A stretch of 64,000 nt of DNA from contig OX597829.1 in NCBI GenBank assembly GCA_951406725.2, positions 49,104,001-49,168,000 on the forward strand, given 5' to 3'. The stretch comes from Octopus vulgaris (Eukaryota). A program made the position numbers and the translations under genes. How positions within the stretch are numbered: the first letter of the stretch is position 1; each line of letters begins with the position of its first letter. The notes under the pieces were generated by a model. It did no database searches and was not told where the DNA came from. It worked only from the letters and a program-made list of their open reading frames with translations. Shown here piece after piece: positions 24,894-38,482 of the stretch.

Positions 24894-24978
24894 GTAGGTG
24901 GGTGGGTGGGTGGGTGGGTGGATGGATGGATGGATGGATGGATGGATGGATGGATGGATGGGTAGGTAGGAAGGTAGG

Positions 24979-25016
<38 letters not shown>
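24826..25016. repeat. Compound tetranucleotide microsatellite GATA/GGTA/GGGT/GGAT
   Basis: Seen directly. Other long tracts: (TATC)n 7439-7535, (TACA)/(TG)n 8970-9185, (TA)n 34085-34265 and 60263-60437. Confidence 0.95.
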
Positions 25017-25017
<1 letters not shown>

Positions 25018-26017
25018 GTTTCTTTATTGACCACACAGGGCTGCACACAGATGGGACAAGTTACAAGGTAGAGCTTTTCTTTTGGGGGATGAACAAAACA
25101 AAAAGCAAGAAACAAAAGAAACAGAAAAGGAGTGGCGTAGGTTTTCGATCAAAAGGGATCGTAAAAGGAAAAGAAACAAAAGAAAAGAAAAAGGAAAAAA
25201 GAAGAAAAAGGGGAAAAAAGGGGAAGAGGAAAAAAAACGATCAATAGGGATCGTTTATCACAGTGTCATGATGTACGGTGTAAAGGGGGAAGCAAGTAAG
25301 GTTTATCCGTGGGAAGAAAAGCCTACGAAAAAGACCACGGTAACCTCGGTCAATATTGTTATATGTTACCACATTTGTTTGCAAGTGGGTAACCCTCTGT
25401 TTTCAATTTCTGGGTTCATAGGATTATGCTCAAGGTGGCTTCGTCATTCATACGTACCATCCTTGCTACATTCACCCATCTTTTTTTAAAACATTCGCTA
25501 GACAAAACTTGCCTACTACTCTCACTTTCCTTTTCAAGTGGTACTTGAAGAAGTTGATGAGAGATTGACCAGAGAGGAAAGTGTTTGTCTCCAATCCTTT
25601 CAGACGCGTCCACCAGATACATTCTTTCGCCATAGCCACAAGGATGATGAAAATAGCTCTTCCTTCCCGTTTGAAGGAAGGAGGCGTGACAATATTGACG
25701 ATAGACTCAGCTGATAAACCGACTCGTCCCACACGTGACAGCAGTTGTTCGACATAAGCCCACAGGTCGGAAATTGTTGGACACTGCACGAGTGCGTGCA
25801 GAACGGTTTCGTCGCTCTGACCGCATCTCGGGCAGGTCGGCCCCGTGTTTCTCGAGCCGTGTCTGTAGAGCTTATTCCGAACGGGTAGCGCTTCTCGGTA
25901 GCACTGCCAGGCCAGGGATCTCTGGAAGTTGTCCATGGGCCCTGGCCCGAAAGTCGTCCCGAACAGGCGGGTCAGGTATTCCTCGTCGACGTCCAGGTTC
26001 GCCCCGAGCTCGTCGTC
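25017..26017 (-). mobile_element. 5'-truncated Tx1/L1-clade LINE (ORF2 C-terminal zf-RVT + 3' UTR) embedded in (GATA)n
   Basis: ORF 25472-25936 reads [12 protein letters not shown]...[23 protein letters not shown] (zf-RVT). 3' end ...TGTGGTCAATAAAGAAA. (GATA)n lies on both sides. Confidence 0.85.
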
Positions 26018-26069
<52 letters not shown>

Positions 26070-26101
26070 GGATAGATAGATGGACAGACAGACAGACAGA
26101 C

Positions 26102-26166
<65 letters not shown>

Positions 26167-26695
26167 TGTTTCTTTATTAGCCACACAGGGCTGCACACAG
26201 ACAGGACAAATTACAAGGTAGAGCTTTTCTTTTGGGGGTAAAAAAGGGGGTTTGGTTTTCGATTAAAAGGGATCGTTAAGGGAAAGAAAGAGGACAAAAA
26301 AGGGGGGAATAAAATTTTAAAAGAAAGGGGGGAGAGGAAAGGAAAAAAATTGATCAATAGGGATCGTTATCACAGAAATGTCAATATGAAGTGTAAAGGG
26401 GAGGACAGGTGAGGTTTACCCGTGGAAAGAAAAGCCTACGGAAAAGACCACGGTAACCTCGGTCAATGAAGTCACATGTTATATTTCTTTTTTTTTTTTT
26501 TGCAAATAAGCAACTCTCTGTATTAATTTTTACGCTTCATAGAATCATAGTCAAGGTGGCTTCGTCATTCATACGTGCCATCCTTGCTACATTCACCCAT
26601 CTTTTTTTTAAACATTCACCCATCTTTTTTTTAAACATTCACTAGACAAAACTTGCCTCTCTACTCTCACTTTCCTTTTCAAGTGGTACTTGAAG

Positions 26696-26697
<2 letters not shown>
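26167..26697 (-). mobile_element. Second, shorter copy of the same Tx1-like LINE, also in (GATA)n
   Basis: Homologous 3' UTR and ORF2 end ([21 protein letters not shown]). (GATA)n on both sides, same orientation as the first copy. Confidence 0.85.
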
Positions 26698-26746
<49 letters not shown>

Positions 26747-26853
26747 AGATAGTATGCATATATAAATGCAGAGACAGACTGACGGATAGACAGAGAGGGG
26801 GTGGGAGAGAAAGAGAGCATGGCGAAAGAAAGATAAATTAAGAAAGAGGGGGA

Positions 26854-26889
<36 letters not shown>

Positions 26890-27064
26890 AAACAACAGAG
26901 CGATCAAAATAAGTGAGTTCATTGTACAGAAATGATTTTCGAATAAATATCCATATTCTCATTCTATATACTCAAGTAATATTTTGCTTCCTAGTTTATA
27001 TAAAATTCAACTTTGGATATTGTAATATATTGATTTTCAGCTTTTAAATCCAAACGATTTGCAA

Positions 27065-27138
<74 letters not shown>

Positions 27139-27878
27139 GTATTATTGTCTTAATATTATTCATCCAAGTCAGGTTATCTGTTGTTGCATGTTAAATGACA
27201 GATTTTAATTCTTAATGTTTGAAAAAAAAAAAATATCGTTTCGCCCAAGGAAATTTTTTTCTCCCACATGAATAGCTGAATTAGCAATTGTTTCCTCTTC
27301 ACCAAATTCTGCTAAATATCATCATCATCATCATCATTATTATTTTTATTATTATTATTATTATTATTGCTGCCATACTGAGAAAAATGCAAAGAGCTGG
27401 AGTTCCGTAAATTTTGAGTATTTCATCAATTGTTTCGGCAGATTAAAAGCCGTCCAGTCTAATATTTTATTGTAACTATTTTGCTAACATTGTCTGGATC
27501 GCAATGGTAATATTTCTGCACAATTCCACCCCACCCCCGTTTTTTGTAGGTTGTAACTCTGAAGTATTAATTTTATATTTGTCTTTAAAACAAGAATTTG
27601 TATATTTTTCAATTTAGAAAAAAAAAAGGCGGGAAAACGACAAAAATAATCGAACAGCGTTCAGTCGACCCAGTTTTAACTCCCGAAAGTAGCCACGGCT
27701 GAAGTTTAAATTAATTTATCGACACAAAGAAATACAATTTCGTCCTGTTGCTATGACGACAGAAACAGTAGCAAAGATACTAGCAGCAACAGCAGCAACA
27801 GCAACACTGAACCTAAAGAACATAAATAAAGAGAAAAAATAATTTTTCCCACGTATAACAACAGTAAATTTAACTACC

Positions 27879-28112
27879 TATTTCTTTATGTCCCACAAGG
27901 GGCTAAACATAGAGGGGACAAACAAGGACAGACAAAGGGATTAAGTCGATTATATCGACTCCAGTGCGTAACTGGTACTTATTTAATTGACCCCCGAAAG
28001 GATGAAAGGCAAAGTCGACCTCGGCGGAATTTGAACTCGGAACGTAGCGGCAGACGAAATACCGCTAAGCATTTCGCCCGGCGTGCTAACGGTTCTGCCA
28101 GCTCGTTGCCTT
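27879..28112 (-). mobile_element. SINE family 2 with Tx1-like tail
   Basis: 13 bp TSD AAATTTAACTACC at 27866 and 28119. Tail ...TAGCCCCTTGTGGGACATAAAGAAATA. Confidence 0.85.
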
Positions 28113-28282
28113 GACACCAAATTTAACTACCACCGCCACCACCACCATTACGTCAAACACCGAAAAAAATTAGTAAGGCAACAACGAGAGTTGCTTCTTC
28201 TAGGCAGACCAACAGTGAGTCTGCAAAGATGTGTCGGAGAACAAGTGTCTGGCAGAACAATCGGATCTTTGACCGGCAGATT

Positions 28283-29199
28283 TTTAAAATAATTTCTTTG
28301 TAACTAAAAAATTTAAAACTTCGTATACTGGTAGAATGTGTTTATAAAACATCTTTTTCTCTTGGCTTACTTGAGAATATTCTGTAGTTTGTAAGATATT
28401 TGTTGTTTATTTTCTTGCATTTCGGCATTTTCAACCAATCAATGACGTCTATTGAGGTGAAAGCAATTTCTGCCGTGAAAGCATTTTCTGGCGATGTCAT
28501 ATGAAAATGTCCCTGTTATTTATGACATATTTCATATCAGTTACGTTCGTATGAATAAAAGATTATCGTTATTAAACTTTTATTAATAAACATATTCTAA
28601 GTTCACAACATATGTAGTTTTAATTTTCCTCTCTGTTGCACAGATACACACATTACATATTATATATTCGTTTAAGAAACAGATTGGGTTTATTTACATT
28701 TCTGAAGAAAAAAATATACCCTTCCCCACCCCTAACCCTAACCTTAACCCTAACCCTAACCCTAACCCTACTCTAACCCTAACCCTAACCCAACCCTAAC
28801 CCTAATCAAACCCTAACCCTAACCCTAAAACAGATTGAAATGCAATAGATCGATACTAGGGTCATAATTATGGGTGGACACTAAAGAGGGAACGGTTTTG
28901 TTATCCAGCTCTGTTTACGAGTGACCCCTCAGTTTATGGCCACAGAGTATCTTTTTTCTCATAAATAACAGGGACATTTTCATATGACACCGCCAGAAAA
29001 TTTTTACGGAGAAATTGAATACACCTCAATAGACGTCATTGATTGATTGAAATTGCCGAAATGCAAGAAATTAAAGAACAAATAGCTTTAAAACTTTAGA
29101 ATTTTCTCAAGAAAGCCAAGAGAAAAAGATGTTTTATAAACACATTCTACCAGTATAGGAAGTTTAAAAGTGTTTAGTTACAAAGAAATCATTTTAAAC
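28283..29199. repeat. ~240 bp imperfect inverted repeat pair (28283-28525 / 28959-29199)
   Basis: The arms are reverse complements by eye. Same family as 38929-39338 and 29459-29640. Confidence 0.75.
28729..28827 (-). repeat. Interstitial telomeric (TTAGGG)n-like array inside a DNA-transposon-like repeat
   Basis: About 16 CCCTAA units with variants. The flanks match element 38929-39338, which has only about one unit at this position. Confidence 0.85.
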
Positions 29200-29204
29200 A
29201 CACT

Positions 29205-29241
<37 letters not shown>

Positions 29242-31525
29242 ACACTCACACACATATATATGTATGACATTATTATTGTTCACTGATATTTTTCCTATCT
29301 TGTCTGTAATAGATTTGTGACTATTCGGTGGTACAGAAGTATTTTTTGTCTTCTATCATTAGCGATATAGGTACTCATGTAGTACCCTTATGTATATATG
29401 CACATATCTAATATTGTACGTATATATTTTATTAATTTGCCTGTACGGCTAATAATTCGGATCTTTTCCTTTTGATGGACGGAATTCAACACAATTTCTA
29501 GTTAACTAAACAATTTGAAACTTCGTATACTGGTAGAATGTGTCAAAAGAAAACATTATTTTCACTTGGCTTTTTTGAGAAAATTGTAATTTGTAAGTTT
29601 AACGTAGTTTAATTCTTCGAATTTTAACCAATGAATTGCCAGCATTTGAGCTCAAATCATTTGCTGCGTTATCGATATTGATAAACAAACGAGGCATGTG
29701 CTAGAAATAACAGCCATATCTCTTAAATATCAAAAGGAAAAGATCCCACACGCATACAAACACTTGCATATACAAGCGCGCCTGCATATAGAAGTAAATA
29801 TACATACACACGCAGACATGCACACACAGACAAGTATACATATACATACACAAAGATACATGCTTATACGCATATACGCACGCCGCATACACACACACAC
29901 ACACACACATATATTCAGATACATACACACGTACACTTGCACACACACACACACACACACACTCTCTGTCTGTCTGTCTGTCTGTCTCTCTCTCAAACAC
30001 ATGTTTGTTTGTTTTTTTTGTTTTTCCAGTTTCAGCTCTTGAGCTGTGGCCATGCTGGGGCACCGCCATTGTGGTGAAAGAGTACAGCAGGGATCACCAC
30101 CCCCCTGCCGGAGCCTCGTAGAGCTTTTAGGTGTTTTCGCTCAATAAACACACACAACGCCCGGTCTGAGATTCGAAACCGCGATCCTGCGACCGCGAGT
30201 CCGCTGCCCTAACCACTAGGCCATTGCGCCTCTACGTATATACATGCATATACATTTGCACAAGCACATAGTAATTAATATATAAGCGTACACACACATA
30301 CAAACGGAGATATACATACACACACAAGCATATATACACGTTCGTGAGTTCGCACTGGTGTCGATAGAATCGATTTAATACTTTTGTATCTCATGCTTTG
30401 TCCGCTCTGTGTTTTGCCCCTTGCCGAAACAAATTTGCACAAAAGGTAAATAAACCAGAAATGGGGCGGGGGTCAATGTTTCATCGTTTCGGGGTCGATA
30501 AATTAAGTACCAATTACGCACTGGTGTCGAGGATTTTTTCCCCAATTTATATCAAGCTGGGCATCCTTTTATGAAAAAATATTTCGCAAATTTTTACAAT
30601 ACGACCCACACTCCATGCGCAATCTCATATCCCACTCTAGACCGATTTAGGCTTATTATTGTTTTGTTTTTGTTGTTTTTGGCCCTTCAAAACCATGGGA
30701 GAAGCCTTTCGGTAAAAAAAAATAAAGAAAATATTCAAAAAATATTGTTGATATTTTTATTGGGCGACGAAATTCATCGATTTATAAATTTATAAATTTC
30801 AAAGCTTTTGTTTTTTTGCTAATCCTATATTATTTTCAAAATATTTAATATACCGTGCAAGTCGTGGTAGAGATTCTCATTGTACACTGTACTGAAGGTA
30901 CTACTAGGTCAATAGTATAGCGTGTTCTTTAGTCGGGAGTCACCACTTTCGTGGAGTTGTTGACTCACTAAATTAATTTAAGATTCTGGTTATCAATTTA
31001 GTGATGGTATTGCAAGTATGGTGAGTTCTCTATCTTCGTAGCTTTGTTACTATAACACGGAGTGTTCACAGTCTGTGACGGTGTCGGAGGTGGCAGCTTG
31101 TTGACTGTGTGTTCGTTCAATAATTTGTATATAGAGACAGCCAGACGAAACTCAAGAGATAGATGGACAAACTCAACTTATTCATTAGTAAAGTTTATTC
31201 AAAGCAGTGAGTTACGTTCAATGAAAATGCTTTGTATAAGAGTTCTGTATAGAGATGTCTGGTGTTGAATAGATATATATCTATGGTGTGTTAGCAGTCA
31301 ATGAATGTGTGACGTTAGATGTTTGAAGTGCGTTGTGCGTTATAGACAGAGTCCTGGTGGAAGAGAGATGACGGCATTAAGTTTGATCGATTCTGCTGGC
31401 GCGCGTGGAAGAAAGGTTGTTCTTGTGTGTGAGACGCGATAGAACAAAACTACCAGCTGGGAGTCCTTCGGAGAAACGAAGTGAAAGGAACTCAATTAAA
31501 CATGGCGGCAGCCACGTCTTCTATA

Positions 31526-31911
31526 TATTTCTTTACTGCCCACAAGGGGCTAAACATAAAGGGGGACAAACAAGGATAGACAAACGGATTAAGTCGATTA
31601 TTTATGGACCCCGAAAGGATGAAAGGCAAAGTCGACCTCGGTGGAATTTGAACTCAGAACGTAACGACAGACGAAATACCTATCTCTTTACTACCCACAA
31701 GGGGCTAAATACAGAGAGAACAAACAAGGACAGACAAAGGGATTAAGTCGATTATATCGACTCCAGTGCGTAACTGGTTCTTATTTAATCTACCCCGAAA
31801 GGATGAAAGGCAAAGTTGACCTCGACGGAATTTGAACTCAGAACGTAGCGGCAGACGAAATACAGCTGAGCATTTTGCCCGGCGCGCTAACGTTTCTGCC
31901 AGCTCGCCGCC
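31526..31911 (-). mobile_element. SINE family 2 tandem dimer
   Basis: A full copy is joined tail-first to a partial copy beginning at GGTATTTCGTCTG. Confidence 0.85.
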
Positions 31912-33558
31912 GACAATCGGATATAGTTGAGAGCGCCTGTTAAAGGGAGCCTGTTTATTTGGCCCATCATAGACCGGAACAGAGCTGTAAACCTACAGTG
32001 TCGTTTAAGCCCGCCTGAGATTTAAAATGTATGCTTTCAACCAAATGCTAGTACAGATATGCTACAACACCATAGGTATGATGATTTATTATCGATTAGC
32101 AGAATCAATTAGTACGAATCAATAAGCAGATTTATTCGCTGAAGTGATAAACAATATCATCAGCTCTTGTCAGTGTCCTCAGTCCAAGAGTTTTTGTTTA
32201 TTTTATTTTTTTTTTTGGCTAACGGGTGTCGAAGATCCGGTTGTCCCAGAATCCTAATGAACTGAGTGCGTTTTGAACACATATTCATCGTAAAAGTACA
32301 GTTTGTTCACAAACGCGATTAGCATATTCATGTTCGAATCTGTCGGAACGTATTGAGACTAAATATGCAAATAATCAATATTATTCCTTAAAAAATGCCA
32401 TTAGAAATATTGTAATTGTACTTGAATCAATATTTCTGATAGTCATATGATACAGAGTTGCTTTCAGTAGTTTTACATTCATTCTTTTGAAGAGAAAACG
32501 CAGCTTTTTTGGTCAATTAACGGATTTATTTGCAATTGTAAGTGCATATAATAATAAATAAATAAATGCGCCGTTTCCCGGTTTCATTGGCGTATGTGTT
32601 CCCTATCTGGATGGGACGCCAGTCCATCGCAGCGTTACTCATTTTTGCCAGCTGAGTGGACTGGAGCAACGTGAAATGAAGCGTTTTGCTCAAGAACACA
32701 ACGCGTCGCCCGGTCCAGGAATCGAAACCACAATCTTACGATCATGATGCTGACGCCCTAACCACTAAGCCACGCGCCTATATAACAAAGTGCATATATA
32801 TAACAAACATATTTTATGATATTCTTAATAAGTAAATTCTCTCTACCTTATGTCAAAGACGCTTCTCTTTCCCTCTTTTCTCTCTCTTTCTCTTCCTCTA
32901 ATCACATGGACGTGTTACCGACAGGCTAAGCAACGGAATAACAAGCAGAATTATTACAAGAACCAATACTAAATAGAAGCCATATTTCATAAGAAAGATT
33001 TGCGAATAATTAAAAACTGAAGTTTTGGGATTTAGCCAGTAAATTCCATTTAATCTTATAGTGCTTTCTTTTCATGTTTTTTAGTTTTGATTTTTTTTTT
33101 TGGTTGTTTGTTTGTAGTATTTCACTGCCTTGCCATGTGTATTAGTAATACAAGTTATATTATTTCCGTTATATTTCAAGCTATAATTTTACGCCAAACG
33201 GATTTGTCTCTCTTCCCTCTTTCGAATTTTACTCAGTAGCCAAAGAAAAACGGTTTTATTTCGCTATATTTCCTTTATCTAATGACAAAATTCTTTGGTT
33301 TTTGCCTCGACGGTGTTGAATTCACTTTCAGCTTGTCTTCATTTATCTAAGATGGTCTATTGTTTCATCAAATCTATCGCAGAATCTGTATTTAGGGTCA
33401 GAACTGTTTTGTAGAATGTTAGCCGGGTAGTTTTTTGTAAGCAAGCTTTGAACTTGTATCACCAATAAGAAACCTTCAGTCTCTGCTTTCATTCCTGAGC
33501 TTCTCAGCCAATGATAGGCTGTTGCTTGGTCTACATCAGCATTTTATTATTGTTATTG

Positions 33559-33616
<58 letters not shown>

Positions 33617-33864
33617 CATTATTATTATTATTTTGTGGAGGCTAAGAGATAGCATATCCAGGACAATATTTCTCTTTAGAATTCCTCAGTTTTTTTTTTA
33701 ATCTTTAGTATGTCATTTGACGGAGATTTGGTTGCTGTTTCTACCATGTCAAATGGTCCTATCGACAGTCCCTCATTAGCTTAAGTGAAGCTGCAGTTAT
33801 ATTCTGTATGTGGAAATACAGCGCTGCTGGGTCAAATCTTAATGTCTAAAATAAATCTCACGAT

Positions 33865-34420
<556 letters not shown>

Positions 34421-34965
34421 ATTAACTTCTGGAAGAATTTCGTTTTATAAACGCTCTCGTCAGATCATATGGAATTCTCTACAAATGCAGACAATTACCC
34501 AGCAGCCCAAAATTATGAAATGCATCATATCAATTGATGATAACATTGTCAGATGAAAACCTTTACTTTCATCTTAGTCTTAGTTTCTCTTTCCTGCTCC
34601 TAATGGAACATTGGACGACTAGCTGCCTCTACTAAGTGCGATCCGCTGCTGTCGCTTTTGCATCAGTACAGGGCATTTACAGTTCCCTTAAGTCCTTTCC
34701 TTCGTTTGCTTCCACCCGGTGTCCATGTCATTGCGGTGTGTGGCAGCCTGTACTCCGTTAGCCGTTTTATTTGTCCGATTAATCGCAATCTTCACTTCTT
34801 GACGATGTCTGGAAAAACTGTCTTGCTCTGTCTGATGCCTGACCTCTTCAGTGATGTAGTCTCTTCACGATATTCGAAGTATAACACGAATTTATTGCCT
34901 ATTGCAACTTGTTGATGATGCTAGCTGTGCTTCTGCATGCCTCGCACGCATAGATAGCGGTAACC

Positions 34966-35196
34966 TATTTCTTTATTACCCACAAGGGGCTAAACATAGA
35001 GGGGACAAACAAGGACAGACATAGGTATTAAGTCGATTACATCGACCCCAGTACGGAACTGGTACTTAATTTATCGACCCCGAAAGGATAAAAGGCAAAG
35101 TCAACCTCGGCGGAATTTGAACTCACAACGTAACGACAGACGAAATACCGCAAAGTATTTCATCCGGCGTGCTAACGTTTCTGCCAGCTCGCCGCC
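34966..35196 (-). mobile_element. SINE family 2 with 17 bp TSD
   Basis: CATAGATAGCGGTAACC on both sides. Confidence 0.85.
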
Positions 35197-35516
35197 ATAG
35201 ATAGCGGTAACCACTACACATAGATAGCGGTAACCACTACGCATAGATAGCGGTAACCACTACGCATAGATAGCGGTAACCACTACAATCCACACGTAGA
35301 GATGGATTTTCACATCTTTGATGATGGAACTATTGGACCACACTGGGCGAAGTCGTCTTAACACACCTGAAGCCTGTCCAACACGGGCTTGTACGTCGAC
35401 TTTTGCGTCACCATCATTGCAGATGGTCCTTCCTCGATATTTGAAATTCGGTTCGCTCTTCAGATAGTTGTATCCGACTGTATCTGGAAGATTTTTTGGC
35501 GTATCTGTGGTCATTG

Positions 35517-35748
35517 TCTTCTTCTTCTTCTTCTTCTTCTTCTTTTCTTCTTCGTCGTCGTCTTCTTCTTCTTTTCTTCTTCGTCTTCTTCTTCTTTTTC
35601 TTCTTCTTCTTCTTCTTCTTCTTCTTCTTCTTCCAATTCTCCTTCTTCTTCTTCGTCGTCGTCGTCTTCTCCTTCTTCTTCTTCGTCGTCTTCTTCTCCT
35701 TCTTCTTCTTCTTCTTCTTCTTCCAATTCTTCTTTTTCTTCCTCTTCT
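35517..35748. repeat. Compound (CTT)n/(CGT)n microsatellite
   Basis: Seen directly. It explains the poly-R/K/E/S ORFs. Confidence 0.95.
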
Positions 35749-36346
35749 CACAGCTTATGCACAGGCCCCACCCCTGAATTGCATTGCTGTTGAGGTTATT
35801 GTTTAGTTGTCGCAATCCTTCAGGCGTGTGGCTCACAACCGCGATGTCATCTGCATAATCCAAGTCACATAACCTCCTTTCACCCCATCTAATCCCTGCC
35901 TATAGGCTGTTCACTGCCATCCTCACGACAAGTCGATAACAATCAGAAACAAAAATTGTGACCGGATGCATCCCTATCGCAACCCAATAACAATATCAAA
36001 CATCTTGGTGTTTCCGTTATTTGTGCTGACACATTTAGAATGGAGGCACAGTGACTTGAAGATCTTGACATATTTGTTAGGGACGCTATAAAGCTGCAGA
36101 ATTTTCCATCGTAATGATGGGTAAATATCAAATTAAAAAAAGAACTTAGGGAAAACATAATCTAAGTCGGTTTCGTTTCATCAGTTGCATTATAATTAAA
36201 ATTAAATTACTCTCTGGTGTAGAGACAGACTGGTTTACACTAACAAATCAATCGAGTGCTGGGTAGATTGCCTTGTTATATTTGATCTAGCTTTTTTTGA
36301 CTCAAATTCAAATTACTACTGAAATTAACTTTGCAGGGTAGATTCT

Positions 36347-36762
36347 TATTTCTTTATTGCCCACAAGGGGCTAAACATAGAGAGGACAAACAGGGACAGA
36401 CAAAGAGATTAAGTCGCTTAAATCGACCCCGGTGCGTAACTGGTACTTAATTTATCGACCCCGAAAGGATGAAAGGCAAAATCGACCTCGGCGGAATTTG
36501 ACCTCAGAACGTAACGGTAGACGAAATACTTATTTCTTTACTACCCACAAGGGGCTAAACATAGAGGGGACAAACAAGGACAGACAAACGGATTAAGTCG
36601 ATTACATCGACCCCGTGCGTAACTGGTACTTAATTTATCGAGCCCGAAAGGATGAAAGGCAAAGTCGACCTCGGCGGAATTTGAACTCAGAGCGTAACGG
36701 CAGACGAAATACCGCTAAGCATTTCGCCCAGCATGCTAACGTTTCTGCCAGCTCGCCGCCTT
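36347..36762 (-). mobile_element. SINE family 2 tandem dimer
   Basis: Same junction position (AGTATTTCGTCT) as the 31526 dimer. Approximate TSD TGCAGG(G/A)TAGATTCT. Confidence 0.85.
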
Positions 36763-37319
36763 TGTGCAGGATAGATTCTCTCCTCTATGTTCACCTAACT
36801 CCCAACTTCTTTTCTGCCAATTTCTGGAAGAAGCCGCATTGTAGTGAAAGACCAACCATGCTATCACAAGCTCATGATCAAAGACATTCCAACCACGACA
36901 GTCTTATCTAGAGCCGCGTTATACAATGTGTTATTTGAAGAAAATCCTTACCACCATCATCATTTAACGTCTAGTTTTCTCTGCTAGCATGGGTCAGACG
37001 GGAATTTGCAAAAGCAGATTTTTTCTGTGATGGATGCCTTTCCTGTCACCAATCATCACCTGTTTCCAAGCGAAATAATATTTCTTTATGTCCATTACTG
37101 TCATTCTTTAATCACGGTATACATAATCAGATTGATGATTGTCTAAGTACTGCATTCTTCAGAGTATTTTTTTATGGAAGAAATGGCATTTTTTGTAATT
37201 TATGGTTTCCTAAACTACTATATATATATATATATATATATACTTTATTTTAAGCAGCAGAAAATTCAACAAAATCTGTTACTCTGAGTTTCTCGTTGCC
37301 GTTCACCAGACAGTTTTTA

Positions 37320-37361
<42 letters not shown>

Positions 37362-37389
37362 AATAATTGTTATGAAGCATTGTGTAGAA

Positions 37390-37686
37390 TATATTGTATA
37401 GAGGATCGTGGGTAAGGTCAAAACAATGCAAAGTAAACGTATGGCAAATCACAAGAAACAAATGTATGAATTAATGCAGACTTCCCTTGCATTCATTATT
37501 TCGGGATTATGACCACATTTTCAAGAAATTAACAACATTCGTTAATTTCTTGAAAATGGGGTCATAACGCTGAAATAATGAATGCAAGGGAAGTCTGCAT
37601 TAATTCATACATTTGTTTCTTGTGATTTGCTTTGTATTTACTTTGCATTGTTCTGGTCTTACCCACGATCCTTTATATAATATATA
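37390..37686. repeat. ~300 bp near-perfect palindrome in (TA) context
   Basis: The arms pair around the centre ...AAATTAACAACATTCGTTAATTT.... Confidence 0.85.
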
Positions 37687-37689
37687 TCG

Positions 37690-38482
37690 TCATCATCATC
37701 ATCATTTAACGTCCGCTTTCCATGCTAGCATGGGTTGGACGATATGACTTAGGACTGACGAACCAGATGGCTGCACCAGGCTCCAATCTGATCTGGCAGA
37801 GTTTCTACAGCTGGATGCCCTTTCTAACGCCAACATCTCCGAGAGTGTAGTGGGTGCTTTTACGTGCCACTGGCACGAGGGCCAGTCAGGCAGTACTGGC
37901 AACAGCCATGCTCAAATGGTGTTTTTTTACGTGCCACCTGCACATGAGCCAGTCCAGTGACACTGGCAACGACCTTGCTTGAATGATTTTTCACGTGCCA
38001 CCGGCACAAGTGCCAGTAAGGCAACGTTGGTAACGATCACATTCGAATGGTTCTTTTTACATGCTACCGGCACAAAAGCCAGTTAGCTGCTCTGGCAATG
38101 ATCACGCTCGGATGGTGCTCTTAGTGCTCCACTAGCATGGATACCAGTCATCGAATTTGATTTCGATCTCACTTGCCTCAACAGGTCTTCACAAGCAGAG
38201 TTTAGTATCTAATGAAGGAAAGGTATGCATAAGTGGGCTGGTTACACCCCTGGCATAGGCCACGACGTTATGGTCTCACTTGACTTGCCGGGTCTTCTCA
38301 TACGCAGCATATCTCCAAAGGTCTCGGTCACTAGTCATTGCCTCGGTGAGGCCTAATGCTCAAAGGTCATGCTTCACCAACTCATCCCAGGTCTACCTCT
38401 TCCACACGTTCCCTCAACCGCTAGGGTGTGACACTTTTCCCACACAGCTATCCTCATCCATTTTCGCCACATGGCCATACCA
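37690..38482 (-). mobile_element. RTE-clade LINE 3' end (ORF C-terminus, repetitive 3' UTR, (GAT)n tail)
   Basis: The minus strand encodes WYGHVAKMDEDSCV..., and the UTR carries GTGCCAC/TGGCAC subrepeats. Related 3' ends at 61170-61520 and 63073-63420. Confidence 0.7.

Larger units (their letters stand above)
34600..35990 (-). mobile_element. Decayed RTE-clade LINE RT fragment, interrupted by a SINE and a (CTT)n tract
   Basis: Contains the RT motif DLDYADDIAVVSH and FKYRGRTICNDGDAKVDVQARVGQASGVLRRLRPVW...KIHLY. Confidence 0.8.

Noticed and set aside
28729-28827. Chromosome end or fusion site
   Set aside because: The array is short, has a single orientation and is embedded in a transposon-derived repeat.
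35196-35287. CRISPR-like short direct repeats
   Set aside because: The units are contiguous with no unique spacers, the context is eukaryotic, and they derive from a TSD.
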